A stretch of 50,485 nt of DNA, counting the filler, from Ionaspis alba (taxonomy: Eukaryota), in NCBI GenBank assembly GCA_964255285.1. It is 2 parts of 2 records of this genome, joined end to end, with 100 filler letters (N's around TTAATTAATTAA, not from the genome) between each part and the next. Parts side by side here need not be neighbours in the genome. Positions count along the whole stretch, not along the records: positions 1 to 25,243 come from CAXUUL010000160.1; positions 25,344 to 50,485 come from CAXUUL010000161.1. One strand, 5' to 3'. The position numbers were made by a program, and so were the translations under genes. Shown piece after piece: positions 22,729 through 34,630 of this stretch (the stretch's first letter is position 1; each line of letters opens with the position of its first letter). The notes beneath the pieces were generated by a model, which saw only the letters and a program-made list of their open reading frames with translations, had not been told where the DNA came from and did not search any database.

Positions 22729-23658
22729 ATTCCTCGACAGAAGCGACGTCCAAGGAATGGAAAACCGCTGTACGATTCTGGTCAGAGAAGCTACTACAAC
22801 GGCATTGCTGACTTACCAACGAGAGGTTCTCAAGTTGCGAAACAAGATATGAGTGTCCAGGGTATAGTCCTGGAAATATTCCGAGAATATGGCCACAACG
22901 GCCCAAAGTGATGGTCGTGTTTATTGATTAGTGAATAGAAATAGCAAAAGCGTATACAATAAGAATGTCCCTAAGTTTAGGAAAGACTCGAATGCAAATA
23001 TACAATAAGGAATGAATGATCGTTAGGTTCGTGAAGCGATACTTCTATCAATACTGCCTCAGCAGTGAAGCATCAATAGGAAAACAGTAGAAAACAATAG
23101 GAAAAGAAGAGCTGAGGTCAGACCAAAAAAACATTGTAGCCGGCCAAGCGAGGCTACAATCAAGAGAATGTCGTACATCGGAGCATGAGTATTATGCCAT
23201 GATCAATACATGGCCTGAAAATATCTCCCTGGCTGCCCCACAACGGCGCGAACGGTCTTGACGATTACTTGATGGGTTTGGCGGCTAAACTCTTGACGAA
23301 CAGGAAGCTTTGGGGATCATTGGATTCGCCTGCCAAATTGCAAGTTATGAGCAAGATTGCTATGAGGCATAGATACGACTGCAGCATGTTATTGGGAGAC
23401 ATAGGCGCCGAGTGGCATCGTTGACATGATGAATGCTTGATGTATTGATGATTTGCCCGTTTTGTCTCGAATCTGAAGTTGGAGATTGTTCCAGACAGGG
23501 GCTGTTGTACGCCTCGACCAATCAGGGCGCACTATCAGCTGGCGCCGAAGCTTGGTCCGACATCTTCCTAAATTTATATCAAGCAGAGAGTAGAACATAC
23601 AGGCATTCGCATTGAGCTTTCGAGGCCGGTGTTGTTCTACAGATCTTTCTCTTCTGTT

Positions 23659-24463
23659 ATGATCTGCCGAGGATGCATGATCCGTCTCCATGGGAGCAGG
23701 ATAGCTAGCGGTCGCATCTTCTCGACCTCTTCGTCCTTCTCTAAGCTCAATACTCTAAGTTCTTCCCGAGCGCCACCCTCTGGCAGTCACGAAGGACCTC
23801 CAGCAGCCACATCCACGTCCGCTGCACAGCCGTTCTCGACTCCGACTACACCTTCGCCCGCACCCTCATCGCCGCCATCACAATCCTCGCCGGGACCGGG
23901 CATCACAAGCACAGTCCCAGCGGGTACTCCACTAAAAGGCCTCGGGTACTTCAAAGGCAAGGATCCACCGATCGCTAAAGAAGACCACGAATATCCTGCA
24001 TGGCTGTGGGGCCTTCTAGACGAAGGCAAAGAAGGAGATCGAAAGGACGCTGAAGAGGTCGGAGATTCTTATTGTAAGCCTACTGGTCCTGCTTCCTTCG
24101 AGAATATCTGGAGATGCCTTGGCATAAGGCATTGAGGGTGTCTTCTCCACGTTGCAGATTACGGCTAGCATAGACCTCGAGGTCGCTGTTTCTTCCTGGC
24201 TAATAAATGCTGTACTTGTAGCAAAGTCTAAAAAACAACGTCGTATCGCCTCAAGGGCTGCTGCAAAGGCCGCAAAAGCAAATCCGGGGACCTCGATCCC
24301 TAATGTAGCTCTCGAACACCAGAGCATCGATTTACCGGCTGGAGATGGGAGCATAGAAGGAGCAATAGCAGCCCAACGAGCCAGGGAGGAAGTCAAGGAG
24401 GCTATGAGGAAGCGGAGACGGAAAGGGATCAAGGAAGGTAACTACTTGAAGACAATGACATAG
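23659..24463 (+). CDS. MRPL37: Mitochondrial large-subunit ribosomal protein mL54 (L37)
   Basis: Arg/Ser-rich presequence, motif VPAGTPLKGLGYFKGKDPPIAKEDHEYPAWLWGLL, intron 24074-24221, and C-terminal RRKGIKEGNYLKTM. Confidence 0.9.
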
Positions 24464-24784
24464 GGGAACGATCAGGGGAAACGTCCTAGAGCTTCATGAT
24501 ACGGCTTATCTCGCACATTGAACTTAGGCATGTCTATTATAGCATACGAGTGCCTTCCATCCTGTACACACTATCTATTGTCCGCGACCAGAGCCTTCCT
24601 GAGTGCCAAACTCGGATTCAAGAAGTAGACCATCGCGGTTCCTCTATTACATAGAGTTGTAAACCGATTCGGCAACGATTCTCACCCTATGCCGCTGAAA
24701 CACCAAGGAATGCAATTCATTTCCCCTACTCGTCTCCTAAGCATCTTCACCCAATTTCTGCGCCGGTTCTTGCTCTTTGTCCTC

Positions 24785-25140
24785 TTAATTGATATCAAAT
24801 CCAAAACCCTTCATACAACTCCTATACTTCTGGACCATGTTCTGGCATTCAGCTTGTGGATCACTACTGTTGGAAAAGAGCATGCATTCGTCGCGAGCTG
24901 CCTTTTCGTCCTTGCATACACAACAGGGCTAGATATGGTATATATCAGCATAAATTTATCTGACTATGAGGGGAGACCAATAGTCGCACACCTTGACCGT
25001 AGCGGAGGCAGTACCAGAAGGCTTGAGATTTGAGGCTAGATTGGCGGACGTTGGAGAAGCTATCAATCTTAGGAATTTGGCTGAATTGAGATGGATTGGA
25101 GCTTACATGTAGGGACGGTATTGACTGTAGTAGTTGACAT
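24785..25140 (-). CDS. COX17: Cytochrome c oxidase copper chaperone Cox17 (73 aa)
   Basis: Three exons (25140-25107, 25035-24992, 24928-24785) give MSTTTVNTVPTSSNLKPSGTASATVKPCCVCKDEKAARDECMLFSNSSDPQAECQNMVQKYRSCMKGFGFDIN, with the KPCCxC copper motif and twin CX9C. Not in the ORF track. Confidence 0.95.
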
Positions 25141-25243
25141 TGTGGAGCGGAAGTTTAGCTTGATTAGTCGAGAGGAATGGAAAACAAAAAGTCTTGGAGC
25201 GTCATGGGCGATTTCGGAATCTTAACGGTTATTACTCAGCAGC

Positions 25244-25343
25244 NNNNNNNNNNNNNNNNNNNNNNNNNNNNNNNNNNNNNNNNNNNNTTAATTAATTAAN
25301 NNNNNNNNNNNNNNNNNNNNNNNNNNNNNNNNNNNNNNNNNNN
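25244..25343. other. Artificial contig-joining linker (N44-TTAATTAATTAA-N44)
   Basis: The palindromic TTAATTAATTAA at 25288-25299 gives stops in all six frames and sits exactly in the centre of a 100-nt N block. Confidence 0.95.
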
Positions 25344-26258
25344 TTGGCTGCGAAGACCTCATATCTTTTCGCCTTGGTAAAGAATGTCAGCACCAAGGCA
25401 AACATGAACTCGAAGCCAGTAATAGCGCCGAGCCGAGCCGGAGTCGATTGAATGAAATATAGAATGATGATGGACAGGACCGGTAACAGCGAAGCGACAA
25501 TGGTGCTGACACCGTCCGTTATTCGAAGAAACGTCTTATCGTCGTAATCTATTGTGCCAGTCTCGGGGTCAAACACTCGCAGTTTATACTTAGTCTGGCT
25601 TTCATCAGTCTCGAAACCAGACTGATGAGAGCTGCAGCTGGCGGCCTCCATACACATACCATTAGCCTATAGAGAAAATGCCGGTGCAGAAAATCAAGCA
25701 CGCTCCCCTCGATCCATCGTGTGAAGTGATCACCTTCTCCTTGCCTACTCGCTAGAGAGAAAAGGTCGCTCTCATGCTCCTTAGTCCACACACTCGCTTC
25801 TGCACCCTCCAAGAACCTATTGCCGCCTTTCTCGTCCAGAAGCCAGTCTCGGAGCCATTCTAGAGCACTGGGATCTGGTTCCTTAAGACTGTATAATTGC
25901 GTAACTTGGAGGACGGCCTCATCTGAGCCATGATCAGGATCTCGTGCTAAGAGAGTTTGCGGGATCCAATACTATATTCTTTCAACTTCTCCTTGATCTC
26001 TTGTCTTTTATCCCACTGCGTCTTATTACCATGTTCACTCGATTCCTTGAGCGCGTAGAAAGACCTTGAGTGCCGTTTTCTTCTGCGCATGCCAGAATTG
26101 ATGTCCTCGTCAACAATGTCTTTCAGCTCTTGCTCGAGCAATGTCAACTCGGCTTGCAGATATAGTAGGTTCTCGGTATTGAGATTTGAGAAACGTCTGA
26201 ATATCGCAGCCTCCGGCTTCTGCCCTATGAGAGAGGCTAATTTGGGGTACCCGTCCAT
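25344..26258 (-). CDS. DUF6594-family membrane protein (3' end truncated at contig edge)
   Basis: The N-terminus GYPKLASLI...AIFRRFSNLNTENLLYLQAELTLLE is the family signature. Introns 25923-25972 and 25595-25659 restore KLKEYNEAVLQ. C-terminal TM helices VSTIVASLLPVLSIIILYFI and RLGAITGFEFMFALVLTFFT run on to AKRYEVFAA at the gap. Confidence 0.85.
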
Positions 26259-26899
26259 GAGCGATCAGCCTTGGTCCATATCGTGTCGGATTGTCATGCA
26301 TTGTTCCTGGTGGACTATCAATGCATGTAAAGGTTACGATGGGTCTCTGGGCTTCAAGTGCATTCTACGGCGCTAGCTTCTTCAGGCGGTGTTATCCTTG
26401 ATTGCTGCAAAATTGAGCCCATTCTAGGGCGGGTGATCCCGGCTCTGGCTAACCGAAATTTTGTTGTTTACATCTTTACTCTGCAAAGACCCCTTTCTCG
26501 CTAGAGTTCTTGGCTTATCACGGGTCTTGAGATGCTATAATTTTGGAAAATATGCTAATTCCACCGGAAATTTCATCTTTCGTCTACCTTTCCCAGACAT
26601 CTAATCAAAGTCGGATGAATTCTGAAGCCGTATTACGCTCGCGGCGCACACTAGTGATGATCGTTTCCCTTGCAGGCCGGAGCACGGGCTAGAATTGATT
26701 GGCCAGGCCACCGTCATTTCTGCAGCTGCCGCTTACTAACTATCCCTATAACGTATCTAGACAAGCCTTGGGCAGCATCTAAAGCTATAGTGGGGCTAGG
26801 TGGCGGACTGCTGAAGAAACAGAGCCTCGCTTACAAAACTTGGCGCGCCGTAGTCGCAAATATTCATCAGAGGCTCTTTCTTCGCTACTTTACGGGGCC

Positions 26900-27776
26900 A
26901 TGGCTAATTACGATGAAGAGGAAGTCAGCTACGAGGAAGGTTTACTCGACGACGGACAAGCCTATGACGGTGAAGAAGGGCTAGAGAACGAGAATGGCGT
27001 TGAGTACGATGGAACCGTAGACGACGAAGAAGGCGTGGAGAACGAAGATGGTGCTGAAGGCGACTTTGCTGAGAACCCATACGTGGGCTTGACACGCTCA
27101 GAATCATTCCCAGTCACAGAAGAGGAGAAATCTGCCGTAGGTGCTCACCTCGGCATTCTCTTGTTCAGCTCCAACGTTGACAGCGTATGCTAGGACCTGG
27201 ACAAACTCCACCCACCGATCAAAGTCCTCGATGCCAACGAAGAGTGGATACCCATGATGGGCACAATAGATACCGGCTGCGAGGACAATTGGATCTCGCA
27301 GGCAAAATTGGAGGAGCTGGGACTACAAATGGAAGAGCTCGATGATCCTAACGAATCCTTCACCACGTTTGCTGGCAGCAACCTCACCCCTATAGGCCAG
27401 GTCACGATTCAGTGGCATGGAGCAAAGATTGCCAAGAGTAGCCATCTGGATTGTAAGGTGGCAGAAGACGTTCCTGATGAAGATCCCCCATTCGACGTCC
27501 TCTTTGGGGGTGTGTATTTCGTCGAACATGCTTTCGAGGACTTTGACAGCCCTGTGCTCATTCTCAAATCAAACCCAAAATCACATTGTAAGCTGTTCGC
27601 TCTAGCCTTCATTCCCCGAGCGGAGCTAATGTGCATTAAAAGCGCAAATTGTCGGCACACAGATTGCGACCGACCAATATCAAAAGAAAGCTCAAGTAGT
27701 AACAGCGGAGAGGAGCGCAGAACAGGCAGTGTCGAGGCGTGCGGTGGCATATGATGGCGATGATGTACCTGAGTGA
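26900..27776 (+). CDS. Stand-alone retropepsin-like (single-lobe DTG) aspartic protease with acidic N-terminus
   Basis: Exons 26900-27136, 27194-27587 and 27643-27776. Motif GTIDTGCEDNWIS, a flap-like region TTFAGSNLTPIGQVTIQW, and FDVLFG (the retropepsin hydrophobic-hydrophobic-G strand). No gag, RT or integrase nearby. Confidence 0.7.
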
Positions 27777-28025
27777 TCTCTATGAGAAAAGGTTCCAGAT
27801 TGCAAAGTCCCTTCGGTGTATGAAGTAACACCAGTCCTAAAACATTACGCCTTTCCTTACCAAAGAAGCGTCGGAAGTCAGCTCAGCGACCTGGTATTAG
27901 TTGTTGACTTATAGAATATTCTGGAGGAACTTCGTTGAGTAGATTGTTCTGACCGCAAAGGCTGCGGTGAAATTCCGATGTCAAAAAACCCCAACCTTCT
28001 TCGGTTAGACAAATATTCTAGCGCC

Positions 28026-28060
28026 ACGCGAAACCACTTTGACGTCGCGTCGCCCGCGTC
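28026..28060. promoter_or_regulatory. Cluster of MCB/SCB-like CGCG elements upstream of CAF-1A
   Basis: ACGCGAAA (28026), TCGCGT (28045) and CCGCGT (28054) lie ~135-170 bp upstream of the ATG. This fits MBF-type G1/S regulation. Confidence 0.45.
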
Positions 28061-28195
28061 TCCACGAATAAATTTCGTGTCAGAGCACCAAAAATTCGCT
28101 ATTCTTGTGGTCGTTGTACTTCTACTATCCGGAAGTATATCCAATTCAGTTTCTTCCTTTCTCCCATGCTATAAGAGTTGAACACTTTGCGGAAT

Positions 28196-30297
28196 ATGTC
28201 GTCACCTAGTTCTGTAAAGCGCACCGCAGAGACTGCCGGACTTGAAGAACTGCCCGTTTGTGGAGGTAGGGGCGACTCCTCGAATGCTCTGACGAGCTCT
28301 TTTCCCATCGCAAATGAAATCGGCTCTACTCCTGCCTCCAGCAGATCTAGCTCTCCTTTATCACCAGTCCAAGGATTGTCGTCTAGGGAAAACTCGGCCC
28401 AACCTCCCAGCACTCAGAATACTCCGAGCACGTCCAATCCTCCCAAACGACGAAAGTTGACCTCGGCGGAGAAGGAAGTCAGGAGGATCGAAAAGCAGTA
28501 CAAGGAGCAACAGAAGATGGAGGAGAAGGTTCGGAAAGAGGAAGAGAGGCGAGCAAAGGAGGAAGCACGACGGATAAAAGAGGAGGAGACAAAGGAGGAA
28601 AAGAGGAGGAAGGAGGAAGAGAAGAAGCAAAAGCGTAAGGTCAAAGAGGCGGAGAAGCAGATCAAGCATGAGGAAAAGCGGAAGAAGGAGGAAGAGAAGA
28701 AGGCCAAGGAGGATGAAAAGGCTAAGAAGGAGAAGGTGTGAACACTTACTCCAAGGACAGGAAAGAAAGCTGCTAAACATATTCCAGTCACAATTAAAGC
28801 TCGGCTCGTTCTTCTCCAAACCTGTAGCTCCATCCGGTGGCTCAATTTTGCAAGATCGAAGTGGACCGTCGAGCAGACGAAGTTCTGTTACTTCACTAGA
28901 TGGCCTCGGCTCACAAGGTAGTAGTCGAGCTGGCTCTGCACGGCCAGTAGGACCTGTCTTTTGCGATTACGATCGAGCCTTTCCCGCTTTCTTCATACAT
29001 GCGTATACCACTGTGGCTCCACTAAATCGTTTCTATCCAAACGAAGGGGAGTTGGAACGCACAATTTCCTTGGTCGACAAGATTTTCTGCTCAGATAGCG
29101 ATAAAATTGAAGGAACGTCAACTATCCCGGACTTTAAGCGGGAGTCAATTAAGGAGTTACTGCGACTACCTCCTCTCAAACGACGAATCCGGACTCCTCC
29201 TATTCTCTCCGTGAAGAATTTGATATCACAAATCCACAGCTCCCCAAACCATCCCATAGACCTTACAGACCCTCCGGCCAACACGCGAGCAAACCCCTTG
29301 GATGCACTAAAGGAGGTTGCTGTCAAGTATCTGAAATATGCGGAGGACGTCAGGCCACCCTACATCGGTACATACTCCAAAGTGCCCCAAGGTCACTCAA
29401 TCGCCAAGCTGTGTCGGAACCCCTTCACACGAGCCTTACCCGCCACCAATTATGACTACGACTCAGAGGCAGAGTGGGACGAACCTGAAGAGGGCGAAGA
29501 CCTGGACTCCGAAGGAGAGGAAGAGGTGGATGATGAGGATGGCGATGATATTAGAGAGTTCTTGGATGACGAAGGGGCTGATGATATGGGACCGAATGGA
29601 TTGAAGAGACGACATCTCATGGGTGACGTTCTGCCCTTATATACAGACATTCACTGGGAGGGTAGTCAACGACATATTGGACCGCTCATGGTACCGTACG
29701 GCCAGGCGTCTCTGGACTTGAAGAGTTTCAAGATCCGGAATATACATGGTGAGCGATGATTAGAAGGTGTTCTGTGTAATGCTGATAGAACGCAGACTCG
29801 CCTTGGCCGCTTGATCCATATTCCACCTCATACTGGTACTCAGCAAGTGATGCACAGGCAGACGAGACGTCCCGAAATCTTTCGGCGTCGAGTATCATGC
29901 CTCCGCCTATACGTGCACCTCTTCACGCCATTCAGGGAACAAACGCCATTCTACCGGTGGGCACGGCGTTTGCCGATAAGTGCTCGAAGGTATCAGCACT
30001 ATCGCCACATAACGGTACGACATCAAAGTCGAAGTCATCAGCCCCTTCAAAGCCGATGCCTCCTGAGATACTAGGCGATTTCAAGAAAGCTATTGATGGA
30101 AGCGATCTTACAAAAGCTGGTCTTTTAGAAGTTCTCAAGAAGAAGTATGAATCCAACTTTCAGAGCAGCGTATTTCAAAGGCTAACGAGCTCCCAAGATT
30201 TCCGCAAGTGACGAAAGGAACGATTCAAGATACTGTGGCCCAGGTCGCTCATCGGGTAGGACAGAAGGAGGCGGAGAAGAGATGGTGTTTGACCTGA
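28196..30297 (+). CDS. RLF2: Chromatin assembly factor 1 large subunit (Cac1/Rlf2)
   Basis: KER coiled coil, PIP-box-like QLKLGSFF, KYLKYAEDVRPPYIGTYSK, YDYDSEAEWDEPEEGEDL, and a C-terminal winged-helix region. Introns 28736-28787, 29749-29795 and 30145-30197. Confidence 0.93.
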
Positions 30298-30744
30298 ACG
30301 TTGAAAGATTGACGATGAGCATGGCTTTGTAATATTCGAGTGGCATCTTGTTCGACCTCAAAGGATCTTTTGCAGGATCGTTGTCCTATAATTGGAGTGT
30401 AGCTTTGCTTGAGTGTTATGGCGTTTCAAGATTAGCTTCCGCTCCAGACATTATTGGAATTGCATTGATTGTCTGAATTCAGGAGATCTTTTGGCAGTTT
30501 TGCTATCAGAGAGCTTAGATGACTTACGTTTCTTATGCAAGTGACCGTGTAACCAATGGTACGACACTGCAGAACGCCTCTTCGTATTCAGACATTGGAG
30601 ACGTGGTTTCCCTGCGCTGAAGTTGCAGAACTAGTTGTGATGTCTGTATTTAGCTTAATGATAGCCCTGATCTAAAGTCCCAACCCTAGTATGCCCTTAT
30701 GCGCTAAGATATCATGCTCTCGAAGTCCGACACGATTTCAGTTT

Positions 30745-32381
30745 TTAATCCACTCTATGCTTTCCCACACTCCCTTCACCGCTCCCAACCTCCTTGACTC
30801 TCATATCCATCCCGACTCTAAACCTCCTTCCCCTCCACAAAACCGTCGTCCCGCCCCAAATCGCCCACACCCAAATCGGTCCCGCCAATATCTCCCTCCC
30901 CAGCCACGCCAAGACCCAGAACCGGAAAGGCTTCCTCTTCCCACTCCCAATAAAGACAGGAAAACCTCTCTTTCCTTCCCCATGCCCCTCTCCATCCCAT
31001 CCCTGCAGCAAACGCCAAACCAACCAGTCCACAAGGCCCCAACCAAGTACTCCCAGTATCCAGAGCCTCCATAAAGCGCTCCATGTCCGTGGCACTCCCA
31101 GCGTCTCGTTACACCACTTCCACGTCGTGAGTCCGAACGCGCCGTAGAGAGTGCAGAGCAATGACTCAGTCCCTGGTTCCACCAGAGTCGCAAGCGGAAC
31201 CGTGAATTTCCGCACCCTCAACCAGCGTGTGCGACGCGCTGCATAGGAGGTGACAGGCACGTTCTCGACCGGTTGAATGCAAGGCGGATTAGGAAGCATA
31301 GCATGGTTGCTCCACTTGCTAGCTGCCTTCCTCTCCCCAGTCCCTTCCACACGCCGTGCACTTTCCCCGCCTTCAAGCTCCGCTTTCTCAACCACCGAGG
31401 CCGGGACGGAAGATTTCCACAGAAGATCGCCGATCAGGTGGTCCTCGCAGATGTTATGCGAGAAGTGGTCGATACCTGGACTATGGGGAGAAGGCAGCGA
31501 TGGCGTCAAGGCATCGAGGTGGGAGCGCCGAAACATGTTCGACTTCCCGACTGTGCAGGGTGCGATGGCGACCGCGGAGATGGCGGTGTAGAATTTGGCG
31601 TGCGAAGTGCTGAGGAAAAGGGCTTCGAGGGGGGAGCCGGTGGGTAGCATTCCAGCCGTTGGGGACCTAGCACTGGCGGAGCGGCCGTTCAATTCCGGAG
31701 AGCTCGGCAGGTCGGAAATGTCTACCACCAAGGGAAGCTGATGGACGAATTTGTATTTCTTAGAGTTGGCATTAGGTATGGGAGAGAAGCCGCAAAGGCG
31801 GTCCACCATGAGACCAGCTACGCTTGGGCTTACCCACACATTGCAATCGATTATCCAGATGATGTCGCTTTTGGCTTCGCGGTAGGCGCGACTCATATTC
31901 CGGATCTTGGGGTTTGGCCCAAGATTGTGCAGTTTCCCTTCTGTGAGATTGGGGTCATCTTTTTCGATGAAGATGCGGATATCGAAGGAGGAGTAGTCGG
32001 AAAGGAGGCGAGAAAGGGTTGGATAGGCTGGGTCATTGCGGCTGGAGATGCAGAAGTAGATGGCGAGCTTGGAGGAAGGGTAGCTCTGGTGGAAGGTTGC
32101 GGCGAGACATTCGTAGAGGCATGGTTCGAGGCCTTTGACGGGGCGGATGATGGTTACATGAGGGACGTCAGCGAGGGCGAAGGAGGGAGAAATGGGCTCT
32201 GGCGAGGGGTTTGAGAAGTGTCTGTATCTGTGAAGTTGTTAGTACGGTAGTACATGTGTAAGCTGCAAGTGGAGAAGCACAGTTGAAAGCAGCCTATCAT
32301 GCAAACGAGGATGATGAAAAGGTACCATACGAGGGAGCATGCTGCCAATGTTTCTATCCACTTTGATGTGGCATGATCCAT
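30745..32381 (-). CDS. GCS1: Ceramide glucosyltransferase (glucosylceramide synthase, GT21)
   Basis: N-terminal TM and intron 32228-32280. Motifs TIIRPVKGLEP, GPNPKIRNMSRAYREA, WIIDCNVWV, GKSNMFRRSHL, CEDHLIGD and RRTRWLRVRK. Confidence 0.92.
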
Positions 32382-32985
32382 TGAGCTATGCAGTCGCACT
32401 TTGCGGCAGCTCCTCAGGCTTGAAACAGAGGCATCAGGAATTGGAAGCTGTCTTCACTGGAACATTTGCATCCTTCCGGAAGTTCGAGGAGGCGCTACAC
32501 AGGAACCAATCAATCTTCTAGTCACGTTGAATAAACATCGATTTCTTCAACAGCCGACACTACTTATTGAGCACTAATTTTACACTTATGAATGAATTCC
32601 AGGATGCTGTAAACTTTTCAATAATTCCATTAAGGTTGACTGCATTACCTGGTTCTTGTCTGAGTACACGAAAAAGCCAGGGGAATGACATTTTCGACAG
32701 TCACAGAAGCGGAGATACTAGACTATGGCGTACGAAAAGGTTCAAGGACCATATTGCTCATATTCATTTCATGTAAGTGGAACTTCTCTTCATGGTAAGT
32801 GCTTTGGTATATATATGGCTCTTGAGATGCCACACTTAGCACAAGTATCCGGACAGGAATATGCTAAAATGACCTCCGGCGTTGAGACGTCTGTAACAGA
32901 CTGGCTCGCACTGGTATATCAAAACCGGGACACAACAATGAAAGTTGATCTTGGATATAAAAACGTATATGAGGATCCGACAATA

Positions 32986-34630
32986 TCATGACGAATTGCC
33001 CAGAAGTGGTTCTGACTCCCCATCACCCGAGTCCTTCTCACTCTGCGGCATGTGCTTGAACTCGCCCTTGTTGATCTTGCTGACACGCCAAGTAGTATGC
33101 TCCTTCGCATCTTCGAAGAACTGTTGGTTCTCCTCGAATGACCTTCCACCAGTTTCCGGAGAGTATGCCTTGAAAACACGTTTAGTGATGACCATCTGTA
33201 GAGAGACGACGAGTGACTAACCCAGGTCCACCATCCTGCAAACGTGTTCGTCGCAGCGAACACTAAAAAGAGCCAGTATTTGAGATTGTTGAATCCGATC
33301 GGGGTAAGAAGAGTGACTGTGAAATTGGCAAAACCCCATATCACAACGGAAATGGCTGATCCTTGAGCTCTTGCTGTTGACGGGAATATTTCCGTAGGAA
33401 TGAGCCAGACCTGCGACAACCAACCGATTCCAAAAGCTGCAGTTGCGATGTACAGGACAACAGCACCTGGAACGGCGACTGCGGGCATTGGGATGCCTAG
33501 ATTGTCAGTGTTCATTGCAAGACCTCCCAACAGGGCCAAGATCGCGAAGCAGGTGGCCATTCCGAAGGAACCCCCCAGCATCAGAATTCTTCTACCGACC
33601 ACATCAATTGTGAGCCAAGCAAAGGTCATCATGAAGAAATAAGAGACGTAGTTGCCGAGTGTCAGGTACTCCGAAGTGCGTACGCCAAATCCGAGAAGTT
33701 CGAAAATCTGAGGACCATAGACACTGACCGCACCATAACCCGTAAGAGCCTGATTGACTTGCCCCATTACAGTCACCATAGTAGGATGAAATTGACTACC
33801 GGACGGAAAGATCATATCGCTGTAGTTGACCGTCTGGCTAGCTTCTTCTTCGTAGGCGGATTTCAGTTCCTCTAGCTTCGAGTCGGCATCTTCCTCACCA
33901 TAGATGTCCTCCAGAGCATTATGAGCATCGTCATCGCGTTCTTTCGAGATAAGCCATCGGGGAGTTTCCGGGAGTCGGTAAATGAAGGTAAGCAAGAGAA
34001 CAGGGTATATCTGCATAAGGATGATGGGAACTCGCCATGCTAGAATGTGTTAGTGTAGCCTGGGAATGATACAAGAGACCGCTAACCCCATTGGTCCATC
34101 TTTCCAAGCCAAATAGTGATGAAAAGATTGATAGCAAAGGCCATATTGAGACCAAATATATTGGACTGGAATTCTTGCGCCAGCGCCTTTCCTCGACCAC
34201 CTTCTTCATTCAATTCCGACGAATAAACCGGTATGACAGCATCGATGCCTCCTACCCCAAGACCCATGACAATTCTCCCAAGGAACATCATGGTCATGGC
34301 ACCCTTCGCATAGCCCAGACCAGACACAAACATTATCAGATTGCCCACAGATGTAGTCGCCAGACAAGCAAAGATACTGGGCTTTCGGCCTCTCTTGTCC
34401 GCAAAGAAAGATGCCAGAACGGATCCAACGGCGCAACCAAGATAGTACACAGAGACAATGATACCAACGATGGGTGACTCTTCTGGAATGCCCATTGTAT
34501 CAAGATAGTCCTGGTTGGTGTTGATCAGGGACATCATCCCCTGGTCATAGCCATAGAGGGCGATGGCCGTGGAAGAGAAGACCACAACCTCGGTCTTCTT
34601 GTCCGTGACAATCTTCTTGATTGTCTCCAT
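32986..34630 (-). CDS. MFS sugar porter family transporter
   Basis: Motifs LYGYDQG, ADKRGRK, GRIVMGLGVG, PVYSSE, LPETPRWL, IDVVGRR, PTEIFP and PETGGRSFEE. Introns 34040-34086 and 33169-33221. Confidence 0.93.

Noticed and set aside
25288..25299. TTAATTAATTAA palindrome as a biological element (e.g. piggyBac TTAA target site)
   Set aside because: It is centred exactly in Ns and matches a synthetic six-frame-stop spacer.
27254..27590. Retrotransposon (Ty3/gypsy) remnant
   Set aside because: No gag, RT, RNase H, integrase or LTRs are adjacent, and the protease gene has canonical introns.
28361..28845. Leu/Phe-rich 'membrane protein' ORFs on the minus strand
   Set aside because: They are the antisense of the purine-rich KER coiled coil of CAF-1A.
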